Assembly (NCBI GenBank): GCA_964016885.1
Contig: OZ024749.1
Span: forward strand, 25,172,001 to 25,236,000
From: Eledone cirrhosa
Lineage: Eukaryota
DNA: 64,000 nt
Direction: 5' to 3'
The notes under the pieces were generated by a model that saw nothing but the letters and a program-made list of their open reading frames with translations, was not told the origin of the DNA and searched no databases. Positions 16,570-33,435 of the stretch are shown piece by piece. Within the stretch, counting starts at the first letter, position 1, and each line of letters begins with the position of its first letter. Both the position numbers and the translations under genes were made by a program.

Positions 16570-17000
16570 AGCGGTGAATTGGCAGTATCGGTAGTGGGTC
16601 GGACGCCATGCTTTGCAGCATAGAGATACGGCCCTTTATGATCTGAGTTCAAATCCTGCCGAAGTTAACTTTGCCTTTCATCCTTACGGGGTCGATAAAT
16701 AAAGTATAAGTAACACACTGGGTTAATTGATGGCCTTGTGCCAAAAGTAGAAATATATTATAGTAACATGACGCTCCCCAATTATAACAATCTATGTTTC
16801 AACACACGATTTCACATCGAAAATAATTGCCAAAGTCAACAAACTGGTCATGCGTACTTTAGTATTTCTCGTCTAATCTTCTCTCGCTCCTATTATTGTA
16901 ATTGAATGTCAATAAGTACCAGTCACGTACTGGGGTAGATTTAATCGACTTCCCATCCTCCCAAATTGCTGGCCTTGTGCCTATATAAGAAACCAATATT
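16570..17000 (+). mobile_element. SINE copy (16570-16760) plus a SINE 3' piece (16915-17000)
   Basis: Consensus matches. Confidence 0.8.
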
Positions 17001-17012
17001 ATTACTCTAAAG

Positions 17013-17202
17013 GGCGGTGGATTGGCAGTATCGGTAGAGGGTCGGACGCCATGCTTTCCAGCATAGTTACGTCCCTTTACGATCTGAGTTCAAATCCCGC
17101 CGAGGTTGACTTTGCCTTTCATCCTTACGGGGTCGATAAAATAAAGTACCAGTAATGCACTGGTGAATTGCTGGCCTTGTGCCTAAAGTAGAAACAATTA
17201 TT
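17013..17202 (+). mobile_element. tRNA-derived SINE, intact copy with a 15-bp TSD
   Basis: Has an A-box TGGCAGTATCGG, a B-box GAGTTCAAATCC, the core GCCTTTCATCCTTACGGGGTCGATAAAATAAAGTACCAG (resembles the Meta/MESC SINE domain) and an ATT tail. The TSD ATTATTACTCTAAAG is at 16998-17012 and 17197-17211. Confidence 0.9.
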
Positions 17203-17447
17203 ACTCTAAAGCAGAATGCTGGAACTATTCTATTCATTTGCCGAGGATACATGTTCGGAAGCCAAATTGAAATGCATTACATTGATGTAACTTATGAAAC
17301 CATCTCAACAAGTCAATCTCTAAAAGTACAGAACAGCAACATGTCTATGTCATAATTAAAACGATTCAAATGTTTACTGTAACACTGTATATTTTCTTAT
17401 GTTTACCAGCAAAGGTACTATAGATATTTCAATTAACAAATATGTTC

Positions 17448-17865
17448 CTTCTTCTTCTTCTTCTTCTTCTTCTTCTTCTTCTTCTTCTTCTTCTTCTTCT
17501 TCTTCTTCTTCTTCTTCTTCTTCTTCTTCTTCTTCTTCTTCTCCGCCAAGTTACTTTTCAGAGGGTGTTGGTGAAGTGTCTCCAAATACTCCTGCCAGAG
17601 ACATATATTTCCAATTTATCAGAATGGATCCCCAAGCAAGACCTACCGAACTCATTCATGGATGTTATCGAATCATCTTTTTCGGGATCTATCCCTGAAT
17701 CCCCTGCCGATTGGTTTTACACATAATTTGGGAGCTTTGATATCTCAATATGGAGAAGTAGAAGCTCTACGTGAAGCATCTCTCTGATATCCGGCCTATA
17801 CATTCAATGGAAACAGAATTCGACCGCTTTTATTCGCGATCGTGGTCTTTAAACACGTTCTGGTA
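17448..17865 (-). mobile_element. RTE-clade LINE 3' remnant with a (GAA)n tail
   Basis: A decayed 'R.R.R.W.DNI...LGI' C-terminus is similar to 61240-61450. The (TTC)n at 17448-17541 is the sense-strand (GAA)n tail. Confidence 0.55.
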
Positions 17866-18355
17866 AATTTTAAACAAGATTTTTCATAAATTAAACCTCC
17901 GCCAACCAACTCTACGAATTGACTGCTGAGAATAATAACCTACACTAACATTTGTTACTAATTTACTGTCATTCCGAAGATAGATTTACATTTGAGAATA
18001 TACGTGACTTCGGCGTGATTGGTAGACTTGCACAAAAAGATACGATATTAATTTTTGGACAGTCTTGTCCAAAGCAAATATTACTATGCCTCCGAGCAGC
18101 TGCTATTCCCATAACTACTTAAATAATATTTAAAAACAACAACCCTAGCATGCCAGCTATTTATCAAGACACTGCCATTTATATCTCATACATATATTTT
18201 GTATGTGGCGTATAACAGAAATTCTAGTCATAAAGTAAGCATTAATACATATTGTCATAACAACAAATATTTCATCGTCTGCAACAATAGCAGCAGTGAA
18301 ATCATAGATAATGGTGTAGATATGGTGATAAGAACATATTGTTAAGTATATATAT

Positions 18356-18447
<92 letters not shown>

Positions 18448-18489
18448 CAAGTATGACCCCGACGGCAGAGCTCAAGCCGTTACGACGGC

Positions 18490-18574
<85 letters not shown>

Positions 18575-18696
18575 GTATATATATATAAATACACACACAT
18601 GTATATATATGTGTGTGTGTGTGTGTGTGTGCATTGAATTTCCTACGAAAACAGTCAGATAAAACAATTGTATCTTAATAACCCACCCTCATATAT

Positions 18697-18743
<47 letters not shown>

Positions 18744-19734
18744 TACAAATATTAATAAAATAGATGTTCTTTTAATCAATTAAATGTTATTATAGAGTGC
18801 TTCCAATCTACTGTAAAACTCATTCTTTGATATACTCATTGAATCTTGTTTAACTCTTTAATATATATATATATATATATATAAACAAGTAGAAAAAAGG
18901 AAAATAAATACACTAGATAATTATTGAAGGATTTCTGCAGTATAATATCCAAACATTTATTTATAAAGTGGGGATTTCTGCATTTAATCGTGAGGTACCA
19001 GTTTCAGCATTATATGCTTTATATATATATATGCTTTATATATATATAATTATGTATACACTCACATATATATATATATATATATATTTAGGCATGTGTG
19101 TGTTCGTATGAGCGTATGCAGGTGGGCGTATGTAGGTGGGTGTATGTGTATATGTCACCGGAGCGAGACTATGTTACACAACGGGTCAAATGAAGAGATC
19201 ATGGACAGATGAATACGTTGAACAAGTAGATGGTGAAGGAGACACGTAGGAATAACCGCTCCCGTTCGCGAGTTTCGCTCCTGTTTGTTGCTCACCCCAC
19301 TCAGATATTTGTGAAAGGAGACGCAGTCCATTGACCAAGAGCGCTGGGAGACTCTAATGCTACAGAGTGTTACCGATATATCGGTAGTTTGCCCTCTTCT
19401 GCCTGATGAGCAACGAAACCTGGTTCAGTCGGAGAGTTACAAATAAGTCTGATTGGCATTTCCATATCTCATCTGTATAGAAGAATTTCAGAGAAAATTA
19501 TGTATGTCTTTAATACCAGAGGTGGAGAATTTCAAAGAGAATTTGCGAAAGCTTTCAATTGCAATCGTCATATATCTACAAATAATCTCTTATCAAAGGA
19601 ATTCAACCCTTTCTTATCGTCATTTCATTCCATTCCTGCCAGAAATGGTGTTATGCAATATTCAAAGGTGAAATTCATCTACCTTCCTGTCCCTGGAAGC
19701 ATATACACTTTGTTATCTAGTCAAGTGTATAAAA

Positions 19735-21675
<1,941 letters not shown>

Positions 21676-22369
21676 ATTGCAGGAATTAGATATTTCAATG
21701 TCTCGTTGTGATTAGTAGTTTAATCTCCGGCATGAATCCTCTATAAAAATCTTTGCAAGCAAAACAGGCGATAATATGTGTCTCATATTTTGTCTTCACC
21801 CGCCATCAGCCGGGTTTGGCCCACCGATCTCTATATGAGTCGTAAATGTATGTATTTCCTTTGTCCGAAATTCCTTATCATTGTACTTCAACTGCTGACG
21901 GTTAAAACAACGACACACACACACACATACACACACGCACACGCACACACATACATAATACATACATACATACATACATACATACATACATACATACATA
22001 CATACATACATACATACATACATACATACATACATAGGAGAATGTTAAATCCGGACGGCGGAGCTCAAGGCGTTTCGACGGATATTTCTGGACTCTGGTT
22101 ATGGTCCATCTGGTTCCTTACCACACTTCCTTCGTTATATATATATATACCAAAGGCGGTGCCCCAGCATAGCATGGCCTCAGTCGGATGGCTGGAACAG
22201 GTAAAATAGTAAAAGAGGTATATATACTGTATATATTACGTTGTGCCAGAATCAGTCATGTTTGCCGAGATAATATTTATTTATTAAATGTATTTTTGCA
22301 CTTTAATATCTAGATATTATTTATTTGGTGTGTATTTGTTTTGCCTATTATTCACACGCGCGCGCACAA

Positions 22370-22400
<31 letters not shown>

Positions 22401-22926
22401 GACAGAGAGAGAGAGAGAGGTATATGAAATTGTACAACAATGTTTGCGTATGTATGTAGGCGAGTACTATGATAGAAGTAAATGAAGAGGGGAAGACAGA
22501 CGGGGAGAGTCAAAGGGAAAGAGAGCGGAAGGGAGATAGGGAGAAATGGGGGAGAGAGAGATAATATGCGAGTACTGAAATATACCAAAAACGCGTCTGC
22601 AATATGAAATATGATTTATTTAGAAAAAATCTATTTTGTAAAATGTTCATAGAACCTACCGTCTATATATAGATATATATATTTAAATCTAATTTGCATA
22701 TGTTTATTCAATATATATATTAATAGGTACATGTATATATATGTGTGTATGTAAATATATACATATATATAAGTGTATATATACACACACACACACACAG
22801 ACATACACACATATATATGTATATATGCATCCCCTTGCATTGAACTACAAAGTTACTAAGACAAAACCTATATATTTGCTTGCATAGGTATACATCTATA
22901 TATATATATTGGTAGATATACTAATT

Positions 22927-22989
<63 letters not shown>

Positions 22990-23186
22990 TTTTCCATATT
23001 TTAACACATACTTATTGCTGCCTGCATTAGTTCTCTCATATATTTGATGATATATTTCTTTAATAAATAAAAGAGAAATAATATGCTTTAAGTAAAAGTC
23101 AAAAGAATTAGACGTACGGGTATTTTCTAAAATTGACACATTTTATACTACTGCATACATATAAATATATATATATGCATACAAAT

Positions 23187-23272
<86 letters not shown>

Positions 23273-23739
23273 GTGTATGTGAGTGTGTGTTTGTGTGTAT
23301 ATATATATACACGTATATATATTATTATTACAATATTCTTGGCATGTACATGATGTAGTCAGTAATTCGCTTATGTTGAAAGTCATGCGTAGCATTGGTG
23401 TTCATAAATAACTCCAGGAAAAAAAATCCCACCAGAAAATATTGTATGTTTTATTAGATTTCATATAATGTATGTATTTGATTTTATGTATGTATGTATA
23501 TGAGTTTATGTATATATGTATGTATGCATGTATGTGTGTGTGTATATGTATGTTTGTATGTGTGTGTATGTATATGAGTTTATGAAAAAATGTATGTATG
23601 CATGTATGTATGTATATGTGTGTATATGTACGTCTGTATGTGTGTGTATGTGTATGAATTTATGTATGTATTTTAGCGTATATTTATTTATGTAGATATA
23701 CTTGTAATATATATCGGTGATTTATATTTTTGTTATATA

Positions 23740-23784
<45 letters not shown>

Positions 23785-23807
23785 TATATATATATAGATA
23801 TATATCT

Positions 23808-23856
<49 letters not shown>

Positions 23857-23873
23857 TGTATATCTATACATAC

Positions 23874-23955
<82 letters not shown>

Positions 23956-24239
23956 AGATATACATCTCTCTCTCTCTCTATATATATATATATAGAGAGA
24001 GAAAGACAGAGAGAGAAATATATAGATATATGTGTGTGTGTATGCCTGTGTTTGTCTGAGTGTATGTAAACTTGTATACATGCGTGTTTGAGGCATTTGA
24101 AAAATTCATTCATTTTTTTTTTAGTGAGTGTTAATAAATTAGTTGTCTATATTTCAGAACCTTCCCTTTCCAAACTAGAAAAGGTGTAGTTAGATACCAA
24201 ATCCCAGTACCTACCCTCCTGATATCATCGTAGGTTTTG

Positions 24240-24860
24240 TGGATTGGCAGTATCGGTAGAGCATTGGGCAACGAGCTTCGCAGCAGTACCAGTAATGTAC
24301 TGGATAATTACTGGCCTTGTTCCGAAAGGAGATACAATTATCGTTGGTTAACTTGGTCTTTCATCCTTACGAGGTCGATAAAATAAAGGACCAGTAATGT
24401 ACTGGGTAATTACTTGCCTTGTGCCGAACGTAGAAACAACAATCGTACGTTTTGGGGGATTGGTAGTATCGTTAGAGCATCGGATACGAGCTTCGTGGCA
24501 TAGAGTTTCCGGCCTTTACGTTCTGAGTTGAAATCCCGCTGAGCTTAGCTTTGTCAATTATACGTACGGGGTTGATAATATAAAGCACCAGTACTACACT
24601 GGGGTCGATTTAATCGACTTGCCCATCTCCTTCAAATTGCTGGACTTGTGCCTAAAGCTGAAACAATTATTCGAGCAGTGAACTGGCAGTATCGGTAGAG
24701 CGTCGGAGAACATGTTTCGTGGCATAAAACCCGCGAAGTTTAGTTTTTCCTTCTATCCTTACAGTGTCCATAAAATAAAGTACCAATCTCGTATTGAAGT
24801 TGATTTAATCGACTTTAACCTCCCCTACTATTGCTGGGCTTCTGCCTAAATCAGAAACCC
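24240..24860 (+). mobile_element. Cluster of diverged SINE copies
   Basis: Repeated ttggcagtatcggtagagc heads and tcgataaaataaag cores. Confidence 0.8.
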
Positions 24861-25044
24861 TTCTTCATAGAGATGTTCTCATAATTTGAATACCTCTTGT
24901 GTTTTATTAGTCCAGTCATTTCCTGGACGATTTATGAATGCATTTCTGGTCATGGCCTTGTATAATAAAATATCCCTTGACGTGTATTTAAATTGCATCA
25001 ATATCTATAGTATTTTCCCTTCTCCATAGACGCCTCCAACAATA

Positions 25045-25940
25045 ATAACGTTGTGAGTGGGCACGGCAATCGGTGGATACTCCACTTCGACATTCTATAG
25101 AGAGTTAGTACACCACAAGGGCGACGAAGTGGTCGGAGAGACTCTAGGCGTCGAAGACGACGGACTCACCAGTCTGTTTGGTAGGACTTTCCGCTCAGGA
25201 CCTATGGACAACTCCCAGATATCCCTAGCCTGGCAGTGCTACTTGAGGAGCTCTACCAGTTCGTGACAAGATATACAGGCACGGACGCCCCGGCAGGGAT
25301 CCTTCCAAGAGGACGTGTCCAAGATGCGGGCAGGACATTGAAACTGTCTTGCACGCAATTGTACACTGCCCGGGCGTAACCGAACTACGCAGAACAACTG
25401 CTGTCGCTTATGGGACAGATCCAGTTGACTGCCGAGTCCATAGTAAGGATCAAACCACCAACCTCCTTCAAAAACGAAAGAGAGGCGGTTTTCTTCTGTA
25501 TAGTTGCTATGGTGAAAGAGGTTATATGGTGGACGAGATTGAGAGGGCTGAGGACAGATGCCTTTCTCTCCGGACAACAACTCATTCCCTTCTTTAGGTA
25601 CCACTTTAGAAGGAGAATCAGAGTGGAGAGAGAGGCACTGCACGCCAGTAAATTTACTGAAAGGTGGGTGAATGTGGCAAAAATGGTCCGAGTGATTGGA
25701 CCTTCTCTGTATATAAACCTGTAGGTTGAAGAAGAGAGCAAAAGGAAGAAAGGCGCACTTGCACAACACGCTCCTGAAGTTGAGGATTGTTCTATCTAGG
25801 GGGTATTAAACAACCCATTTGTGGCGACTCCATCCTATTGAGGATTTTGATTGTTATATTTGTTTGCTTCATATTTTTACACGATTGTATGTAAAATCCC
25901 CGGCATGTGTCCTTGTTATGTCCCTTTATTACACTGTTAC
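25045..25940 (+). mobile_element. Tx1-type ORF2 3' fragment
   Basis: Frameshifted peptides match copy 1 (GPMDNSQISLAWQCY, KEVIWWTRLRGL, ERWVNVAKMVRVIGP). It is followed by a (TAC)n tract. Confidence 0.85.
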
Positions 25941-25970
25941 AATTAACATTACTGTTGCTGCGACTACTAT

Positions 25971-26014
<44 letters not shown>

Positions 26015-26026
26015 GCACCACTACTT

Positions 26027-26078
<52 letters not shown>

Positions 26079-26165
26079 ATATACGACTACTACTACAACT
26101 ACTACTACTTCTACTATTACTACTACTACTAATACTACTACTACTAGTGCTACTACTTATATTAT

Positions 26166-26225
<60 letters not shown>

Positions 26226-26699
26226 CACTACTACTACTACTACTACTATTTTCTTAGTCTGTTTTATAAATTTTATTTTACACAAAAAAAAACATACTGA
26301 ATTGTGCTATATAGTCTTTAATGCTTCCATAATGAGAGTCCTGTGTGGCTGATAAACTAATCATTATTACTACTACTGTTACTTCTAATGCTGCTCCAGC
26401 TACTATAACTCCTACAACTACTATTAGTAATTCTAATAATTTTAATAATAATAGTAATAGTAATATTACTAAATCAAATGGCGATACTAATGAGGTCTGA
26501 CCTCGGTAAAATGTGAATTGAATTGGAATAATGACAATGTAACAACGACAAATGTATGTATACAGATATATGTGGACACAAACAGAGAACAACTCAAATG
26601 GATACACACACATACACACACGTACATGTATATATATACATAAATATATTTGTGCACATAGGTATATGTATATGTGTGTGTGTGTGTGTATATACATAT

Positions 26700-26730
<31 letters not shown>

Positions 26731-27187
26731 TCATATTTATATATATGTATATATATATATATCATATTTATATATATATATATATATATATATTTAGTTA
26801 TACAATCATGTATACATGTATATGTGTATGTACGTTCATATATATGTGTTTGTATATATGTATATAAGAACCTATGTTTGTATGTATACATTCATGCATA
26901 TATTGACATAAAATGATTTCACAGCATGTTATATTTTAAATGGTCAAAGTTTGATTGTGATATCTTCAAAAGCATTTAATGTTTCCCATTGGTGTAATTA
27001 CCTTTTGTATATATTTATTTGCATGAAATTATGTTTATATGAATATATTGGCAATTGTCCGATACACAAACACACACACAGACATAGACACACACACACA
27101 CATACAAACACACACACATCTATGTACAAATATATGTATATATAAATACACAGACACACATAGACACACACATATATAATATATGTA

Positions 27188-27240
<53 letters not shown>

Positions 27241-27337
27241 ATTATATATATATGCACATATATTTATATATATATAAATATATATGTCTGTACATATACA
27301 TATATATACATATATATACATATATACATACACACAC

Positions 27338-27379
<42 letters not shown>

Positions 27380-27751
27380 TCATACATACATATATACTTA
27401 TACATATGTCCGCCATGGTAAGGTCGAACAAAATGACTACAATACATGGCATATTTTCTTTTCTCTACGTATATGTCCTCATATATTGAGCTCTGCCCTC
27501 GGGGTTAAACATTTACCTATTACCCACTCTAATACCCTAAGTATTGAGTACTCTGGTGCGTTATGGTCCATCTGGTCCCTTAACACACCCCCTTTAGTAT
27601 ATATATATATATAATGTTGAAATAACAGATTATATTTGCTCTACGGTTCTTATATATTTGATATATATTTATCCTTATCGACGCCTCTTTGGATTTTAGT
27701 CTTAAAATTTATTGTTATTACTATATATATATAATATATATATATATATTT

Positions 27752-27808
<57 letters not shown>

Positions 27809-27835
27809 TATATATATATATATTTTATATATATA

Positions 27836-27918
<83 letters not shown>

Positions 27919-27968
27919 TATATATATATTATTTATATATATATATATATATAAATAATATATATATA

Positions 27969-28052
<84 letters not shown>

Positions 28053-29185
28053 TATATATATATATATATAAATAATATATATATATATATATATATATAC
28101 ATATGCTGGTGCGGGGGTTTATGTTAACCATAGAAAACACAATAATAATTATATGAATCAATGTATATAATTCTTCACTTATTGATCTATGATATTATTA
28201 TACGTTAGATTAGATGACAAAAAAACCTAAAGAGAGTAATACAGTATTGAATTTCATGTAATAGTATGATTGGTTCTGGTGGCTACCTGCCAGTTTTAGC
28301 CGGTTTGACTCTCAAATGACCCATTTTAGCAAGCATAAACATTTTTACTGTCTTTCATGAAAATATAGGTCTCTATTTTGAAAAATAGATGTTACCGATT
28401 TCTTTTTGTTCTTTTAGTAAAATTGGCAGAAATGATTATAAGCTTTGTCTGTAAGGACGGACACAAACGTTGTTGCTGTATTGGTTTATTTTATTTTATT
28501 TTTTGTTTCGTTATTGTTTCGTTATTTATTTCTTTTGTTATTGTTTAGTTTGAGAAAAAAGGGTCAGTGCCCCCGACCTTGTATCAAACGTAGGGCCTGG
28601 CTCGATTTTCGAAATATAATGAACCCCTCTAGATGTATCATAAAACGTTACCGATCAAGAAGTTCACTGAGCTGTTTGAAATTATCTGGTACTTTATTTT
28701 ATCGCCCTCTATAAACAATGATTCCTCTATTTGGCAGAAGGTCAACAATTCGTAGTGAGGCTTGTTCGTGACTGTTACATTATTTTATCGACAACGGAAG
28801 GATATAAGACCAAGGTAGGCACGGAGAGATTCAAATTCAGTATGTAAAGACCAGGAACAAATAACAGAATGCATTTTGTTCGATATTCTAAGGGTTCTCT
28901 CAAACAACTGCCCTCACTCTCGAAATAAGGGTGTCTGATTTAAGTACAAGCCCAACAATTTTGTGGGAGGTCAAAGCCAAATAAATCAACTCCAGTGCGT
29001 TACTTGTACTGTACATTATTACCTTCATCATTACCATCCGTACCATCATCATCATCATCATCAACATTAACATCACCAATATCTTAACCTTCATCATTAC
29101 CCTCATCATCATCATCATCAAAAAATACTCACTACTACTCCGAACACTATAATAGCCATTATCATCATATTCACCAACATCACAT

Positions 29186-30460
29186 ATTCAAATCCCGCCG
29201 AGGTTAACTTTGCCTTTCATCCTTACGGGGTCGATAAAATAAAATACCAGTAATGGACTGAGGTCGATTTAATAAATTTCTTCTAAATGATGGGTTTTAT
29301 GCCTTAAAAGAAGGCATAATGATGACCGCCACCAATCCTTCATCATCATCAACATGATAACATTCCAACAACACGACAACCAACACCATCATCATACTCC
29401 TCATTAACTTCAATACCAATATTAATATTTTTTCGAGGTCGGGTGGCTATTGACGTCTTATACGTGGGGCGCAGAACTCTTCATCCTTGCCCTAGGCCCA
29501 ACATCCAATCAGCCTCCCCACTCTCTCCTGTGACACCAGAGCTCTTGCCTACCCCTCCTTTTCCCGTTCTTTTTCTTCTTTCTTTCCCTCCTTTTTTCTA
29601 TGTTTCCATATTCTTTCTTTGCTTTTGTTTCCCCATTTTTTTATATTTCTTACTAAATAAGGTTTTATAATTTTTTTTTTTTGCTTCTGAATAAATTTAT
29701 TATAACTATTATCGATATGAATGATTGCGGCATCGGTAGAGCATCTAACAACATACTGTGCGGCATATATTTTACTTACGGCCATGTATGTTTTGTGTTC
29801 AAATCCCACCTTGGTTGCCTTTGCCTTTCGTACATATGTGATCAATTATATAAATTACCAGTAATGCACTGGGTCGATTAATTGACTTTTCCATTCTCCT
29901 TCAAATTGCAGGCCTCGTGGTAAATGTAGAAACAATTATACTCACATTTATGGTCTGAGTTCAAATCCCGCCAAGGTTAACTTTGCCTTTCATCCTTACG
30001 GGTTCGATAAAATAAAGTACCAGTAACGTTCTGGGGTCGATTTAATCGACTTTCCCCTCCCCCCAAATTACTAGCCTTGAGCCTATACTAGAAAACATTA
30101 TTATTATTAATTCATAGCATAGTTACGTCCCTTTACGATTTGAGTTCAAATCCCGCCGAGGTTGACTTTGCCTTTCATCCTTACGGGGTCGATAAAATAA
30201 AGTACCAGTAATACACTGGATAATTGCTGGCCGTGTGCCTAAAGTAGAAACAATTATGAGGGCGGTAGATTGGCAGTATCGGTAGAGGGTCGGACGCCAT
30301 GCTTTCTAGCATAGTTACGTCCCTTTACGATCTGAGTTCAAATCCCGCCGAGGTTGACTTTGTCTTCCATCATTACGGGGTCGATAAAATAATGTACCAG
30401 TAATGCACTGGGTAAATGCTGGCCTTGTGCCTAAAGTAGACACAATTATTATTATTATTG
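29186..30460 (+). mobile_element. Cluster of about 5 SINE copies (head-to-tail in 29720-30460)
   Basis: Repeated gagttcaaatcccgccgagg...ggggtcgataaaataaagtaccag. Confidence 0.85.
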
Positions 30461-31123
30461 ATATTATGTTGGTATTTTCTGATTCATATTATTATTGTTA
30501 TTTTTGTTTTTTTTGCCACAGCTGCTGCTGTTGCTGCTGTTGTTGCTACTGCTGCCGTTGTTGGTGCTGTTGTTGTTGTTGTTGATAAGGTTTAGATTTG
30601 AAGAGGTCACAGGGGAAATAATTGTTCAATTACACAGGAGATAGACCTTTGCATCCATCTTGAATGTTCTGCAAAATTGGCGGAATAATTTCTTGTATGA
30701 TGTTGATGATGATTGTAATATTGTTTATGGTCATGATCTTGGTGGTTGTGGTGGTGGTGATGATGATGGTGATGATGAAAGTGATGAGGATAATAATATA
30801 AGTGGAAGGAGAGAGATTGTTATTAAGTTAATGAGGTGATGGGATGTTGAAGGAGACCATATAAAAATGAAATGATAGATGGATAGACTGGCAGATAGCT
30901 ACATAGATAAATAAAGAGAAGGGGTGGATAGATAGGTAGAAGGAGTTGGATAGATAGATAGATATATAGATAGAGGGAGAGGTTGTGAGATATATTGATT
31001 GGTAGATATATAGTTAGATACATTGGTAGATAAATAGATGGAGAGATTATTCGATGAAATGGATTGACATATAGAGAAATTGCAAGATATATAGATAGAT
31101 AGATAGATATATAGAATAGTCAG

Positions 31124-31179
<56 letters not shown>

Positions 31180-31181
31180 AT

Positions 31182-31563
31182 GTAGGAGCTGAGTTTTATT
31201 GTAGCACAATAAAGCAATGCAAATATCGGATAAATAGCACTCTACAGTTTGTAGGACAGGAGTATAAATAATATAAGATCAAAAGATGGTTAAAAGAGTT
31301 CCAAGTATTTCAATATGCGCATTTCAAAAACAAATATCATCATGGGATGATATCTGCGTTTTCATCAGATAAAAGAGGGATACATGATATGAAGCTTAAA
31401 AAACACTTGATTTAAAACTTCACTATTCAATAGTGTTTTTTAACCTTCATATCATGTATCCCTATTTTATCTGATGAAAACGCAGATATCATCCCATGAT
31501 GATATTTGTTTTTGAAATGCGCACAATAAAATACTTGGAACTATTTTAACCATCTTTTGATCT

Positions 31564-31570
<7 letters not shown>
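31182..31570. mobile_element. Inverted pair of Penelope-type pLTRs (arms ~31268-31407 / 31432-31570) in (TA)n
   Basis: The arms are reverse complements and match 14262-14390. Each arm has a hammerhead motif. Confidence 0.8.
31463..31533 (+). ncRNA. Type-I hammerhead ribozyme motif (U16.1>C lesion)
   Basis: Layout is TATTTTAT-CTGATGA-long stem II-GAAA-palindrome TGCGCA-CA-ATAAAATA. A mirror copy on the minus strand lies at ~31306-31376. Confidence 0.75.
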
Positions 31571-31627
<57 letters not shown>

Positions 31628-31666
31628 GATATTAATAAATGGAAACTATATTTATAAAACCATATT

Positions 31667-31731
31667 TATTTCATTATATATATTTCAAGGATACCAAGTT
31701 ACATTATGGTATGCCTTCGTCAGACAAAATA
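31667..31731 (-). ncRNA. Minimal type-I hammerhead ribozyme
   Basis: Inverted copy of 32815-32879 with a CTGACGA core. Confidence 0.78.
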
Positions 31732-32814
31732 CAATATATAACAGTTTTATAAATAGACATTGACGTACCCCATTTAAAAAATTGACCGTTGTGTAAGCCT
31801 GTACATTCACATCCATAATTCTTAGCTATACATGAATAGATATGTGCGTGCATCTTCAATTGGTATACACGCGTCACTCATGCATATATACAAACAGACA
31901 TATAATCATAAAAAAGCATATAACACATGTATATGTATGTGAACACGCGCATATATACATTAGATACATTAGCCGTAATCAACATATAACATAGTACAAT
32001 TGAGTATATAAAATACAAAAGGATTATATTTTGGAAATATAATTATATCAATATAACTTAAAAAGCAAACGAATTCTACAAATATCAAAATACTAAAATA
32101 TCCCAAAATATTATAGAATATTTTAAGTTAAAAAAAAATGTTTAATATATTTTGTATAGAAATTAATCTTACGTATATTTTAATCAAGATATTGAAAGGA
32201 CAAACTTTTGAAAATTATGAGAAGCTATCAGAATAAAAAATAAATCTAATAAAAATTATGAGAGGCTATCAGAATAAAAACAAATCTAATAAAAACAAAT
32301 CTAATAAAAATAAAAATAAAAATAAAAATAAAAATAAAAAATAGAATGAAAAATAAAATGAATCTAATACAAAATAAATAAAATGAATCTAATAAAAAAA
32401 ATATAAATCTAATAAAAAATAAAATATTATATCAATATAACTTAAAAAACAAGGATTCTACAGATATCAAAATATTTAAAAGTTTAAAAATAAAAATAAA
32501 AATAAAGAAATTTAAAAAAAAATTTAAAAAATGTTAAACATTTTAAAAAAATCTTTAAAAAATTTTTTTTAAATGTTCAAAAATTTTTTAAAAATCTTTA
32601 AAATGTTCTCTTTTCTTTTTGTTTTCTTCTTTTTCTTTATCTATCTCTCCCTTTCTTTTCTCCACGTTTCTCTCTATCTCTCCATCTTTTTACTTACTCT
32701 TAACACTATGACTTACTAAAGTAAACAAATCACTATCCTGATGGCCTCCAAAAACAACGGTCAATTTTTTAAAAGGGGTACGTCAATGTCTATTTTTAAA
32801 ACTGTTATATATTG

Positions 32815-32879
32815 TATTTTGTCTGATGAAGGCATACCACAATGTAACTTGGTATCCTTGAAATATATATAATGAAATA
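32815..32879 (+). ncRNA. Minimal type-I hammerhead ribozyme
   Basis: Layout is TATTTTGT-CTGATGA-stem II (AGGCATACCA/TGGTATCCTT)-GAAA-TATATA-TA-ATGAAATA. The core is intact. Confidence 0.8.
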
Positions 32880-33094
32880 AATATGGTTTTATAAATATAG
32901 TTTCCATTTATTAATATCGTATATCTACTCCAAATATTTGTCGAGTGCTTTATATCAGTTATAAAAATATTTGCTTGTTGTATCCCAACAATTTAAATAA
33001 AACTTTTGCATATATATATATATATATATATAAAGAGAGAGAGAGCGAGAGATATACATAGAGAGATAGTTAGATAGATAGAAAGTTAGATAAG

Positions 33095-33420
33095 TTTCTA
33101 TTTATTTGCCACCTGAGCACAAAAGAAAGGGACAGATACAGGGTGGGGGGTAGTTTACATACAATAAAACGAGTACAAAAATATAACAAATAAAATAAAA
33201 CAATCGAAGTCGTCAACACACACCCGAAAAAAATGTCGCACACACACCCGAAAAAATGTGCAGCCGTTCTCCTCGGGAGCATAAAGAGAGGGCGCTCCCT
33301 TCTTCCTCTACTTTTTTCACCTGCAGGCTGATATAGAGAGAAGGACCATTCACACGGGCCATTCTCGCCACTTTTACCCACCTTTCATAAAACTGGCTGG
33401 GGTGGTGCCCCTCTCTCTGA
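33095..33420 (-). mobile_element. Short 3' fragment of the (GATA)n-associated Tx1 subfamily
   Basis: Encodes QFYERWVKVARMARVNGPSLYISL plus the 3'UTR ending GTGGCAAATAAA next to (TATC)n. Confidence 0.85.
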
Positions 33421-33435
33421 AACAAAGATAGATAT

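Larger units (their letters stand above)
31621..32924. mobile_element. Non-autonomous element with ~170-bp inverted arms (31621-31792 / 32754-32924), each carrying a hammerhead
   Basis: The arms are near-perfect reverse complements around an AT-rich non-coding core. Confidence 0.8.

Noticed and set aside
29720-30460. Regularly recurring conserved motif resembling a CRISPR array or tRNA cluster
   Set aside because: These are tandem SINE copies. There are no unique spacers or cas genes, no full cloverleaf, and the context is eukaryotic.
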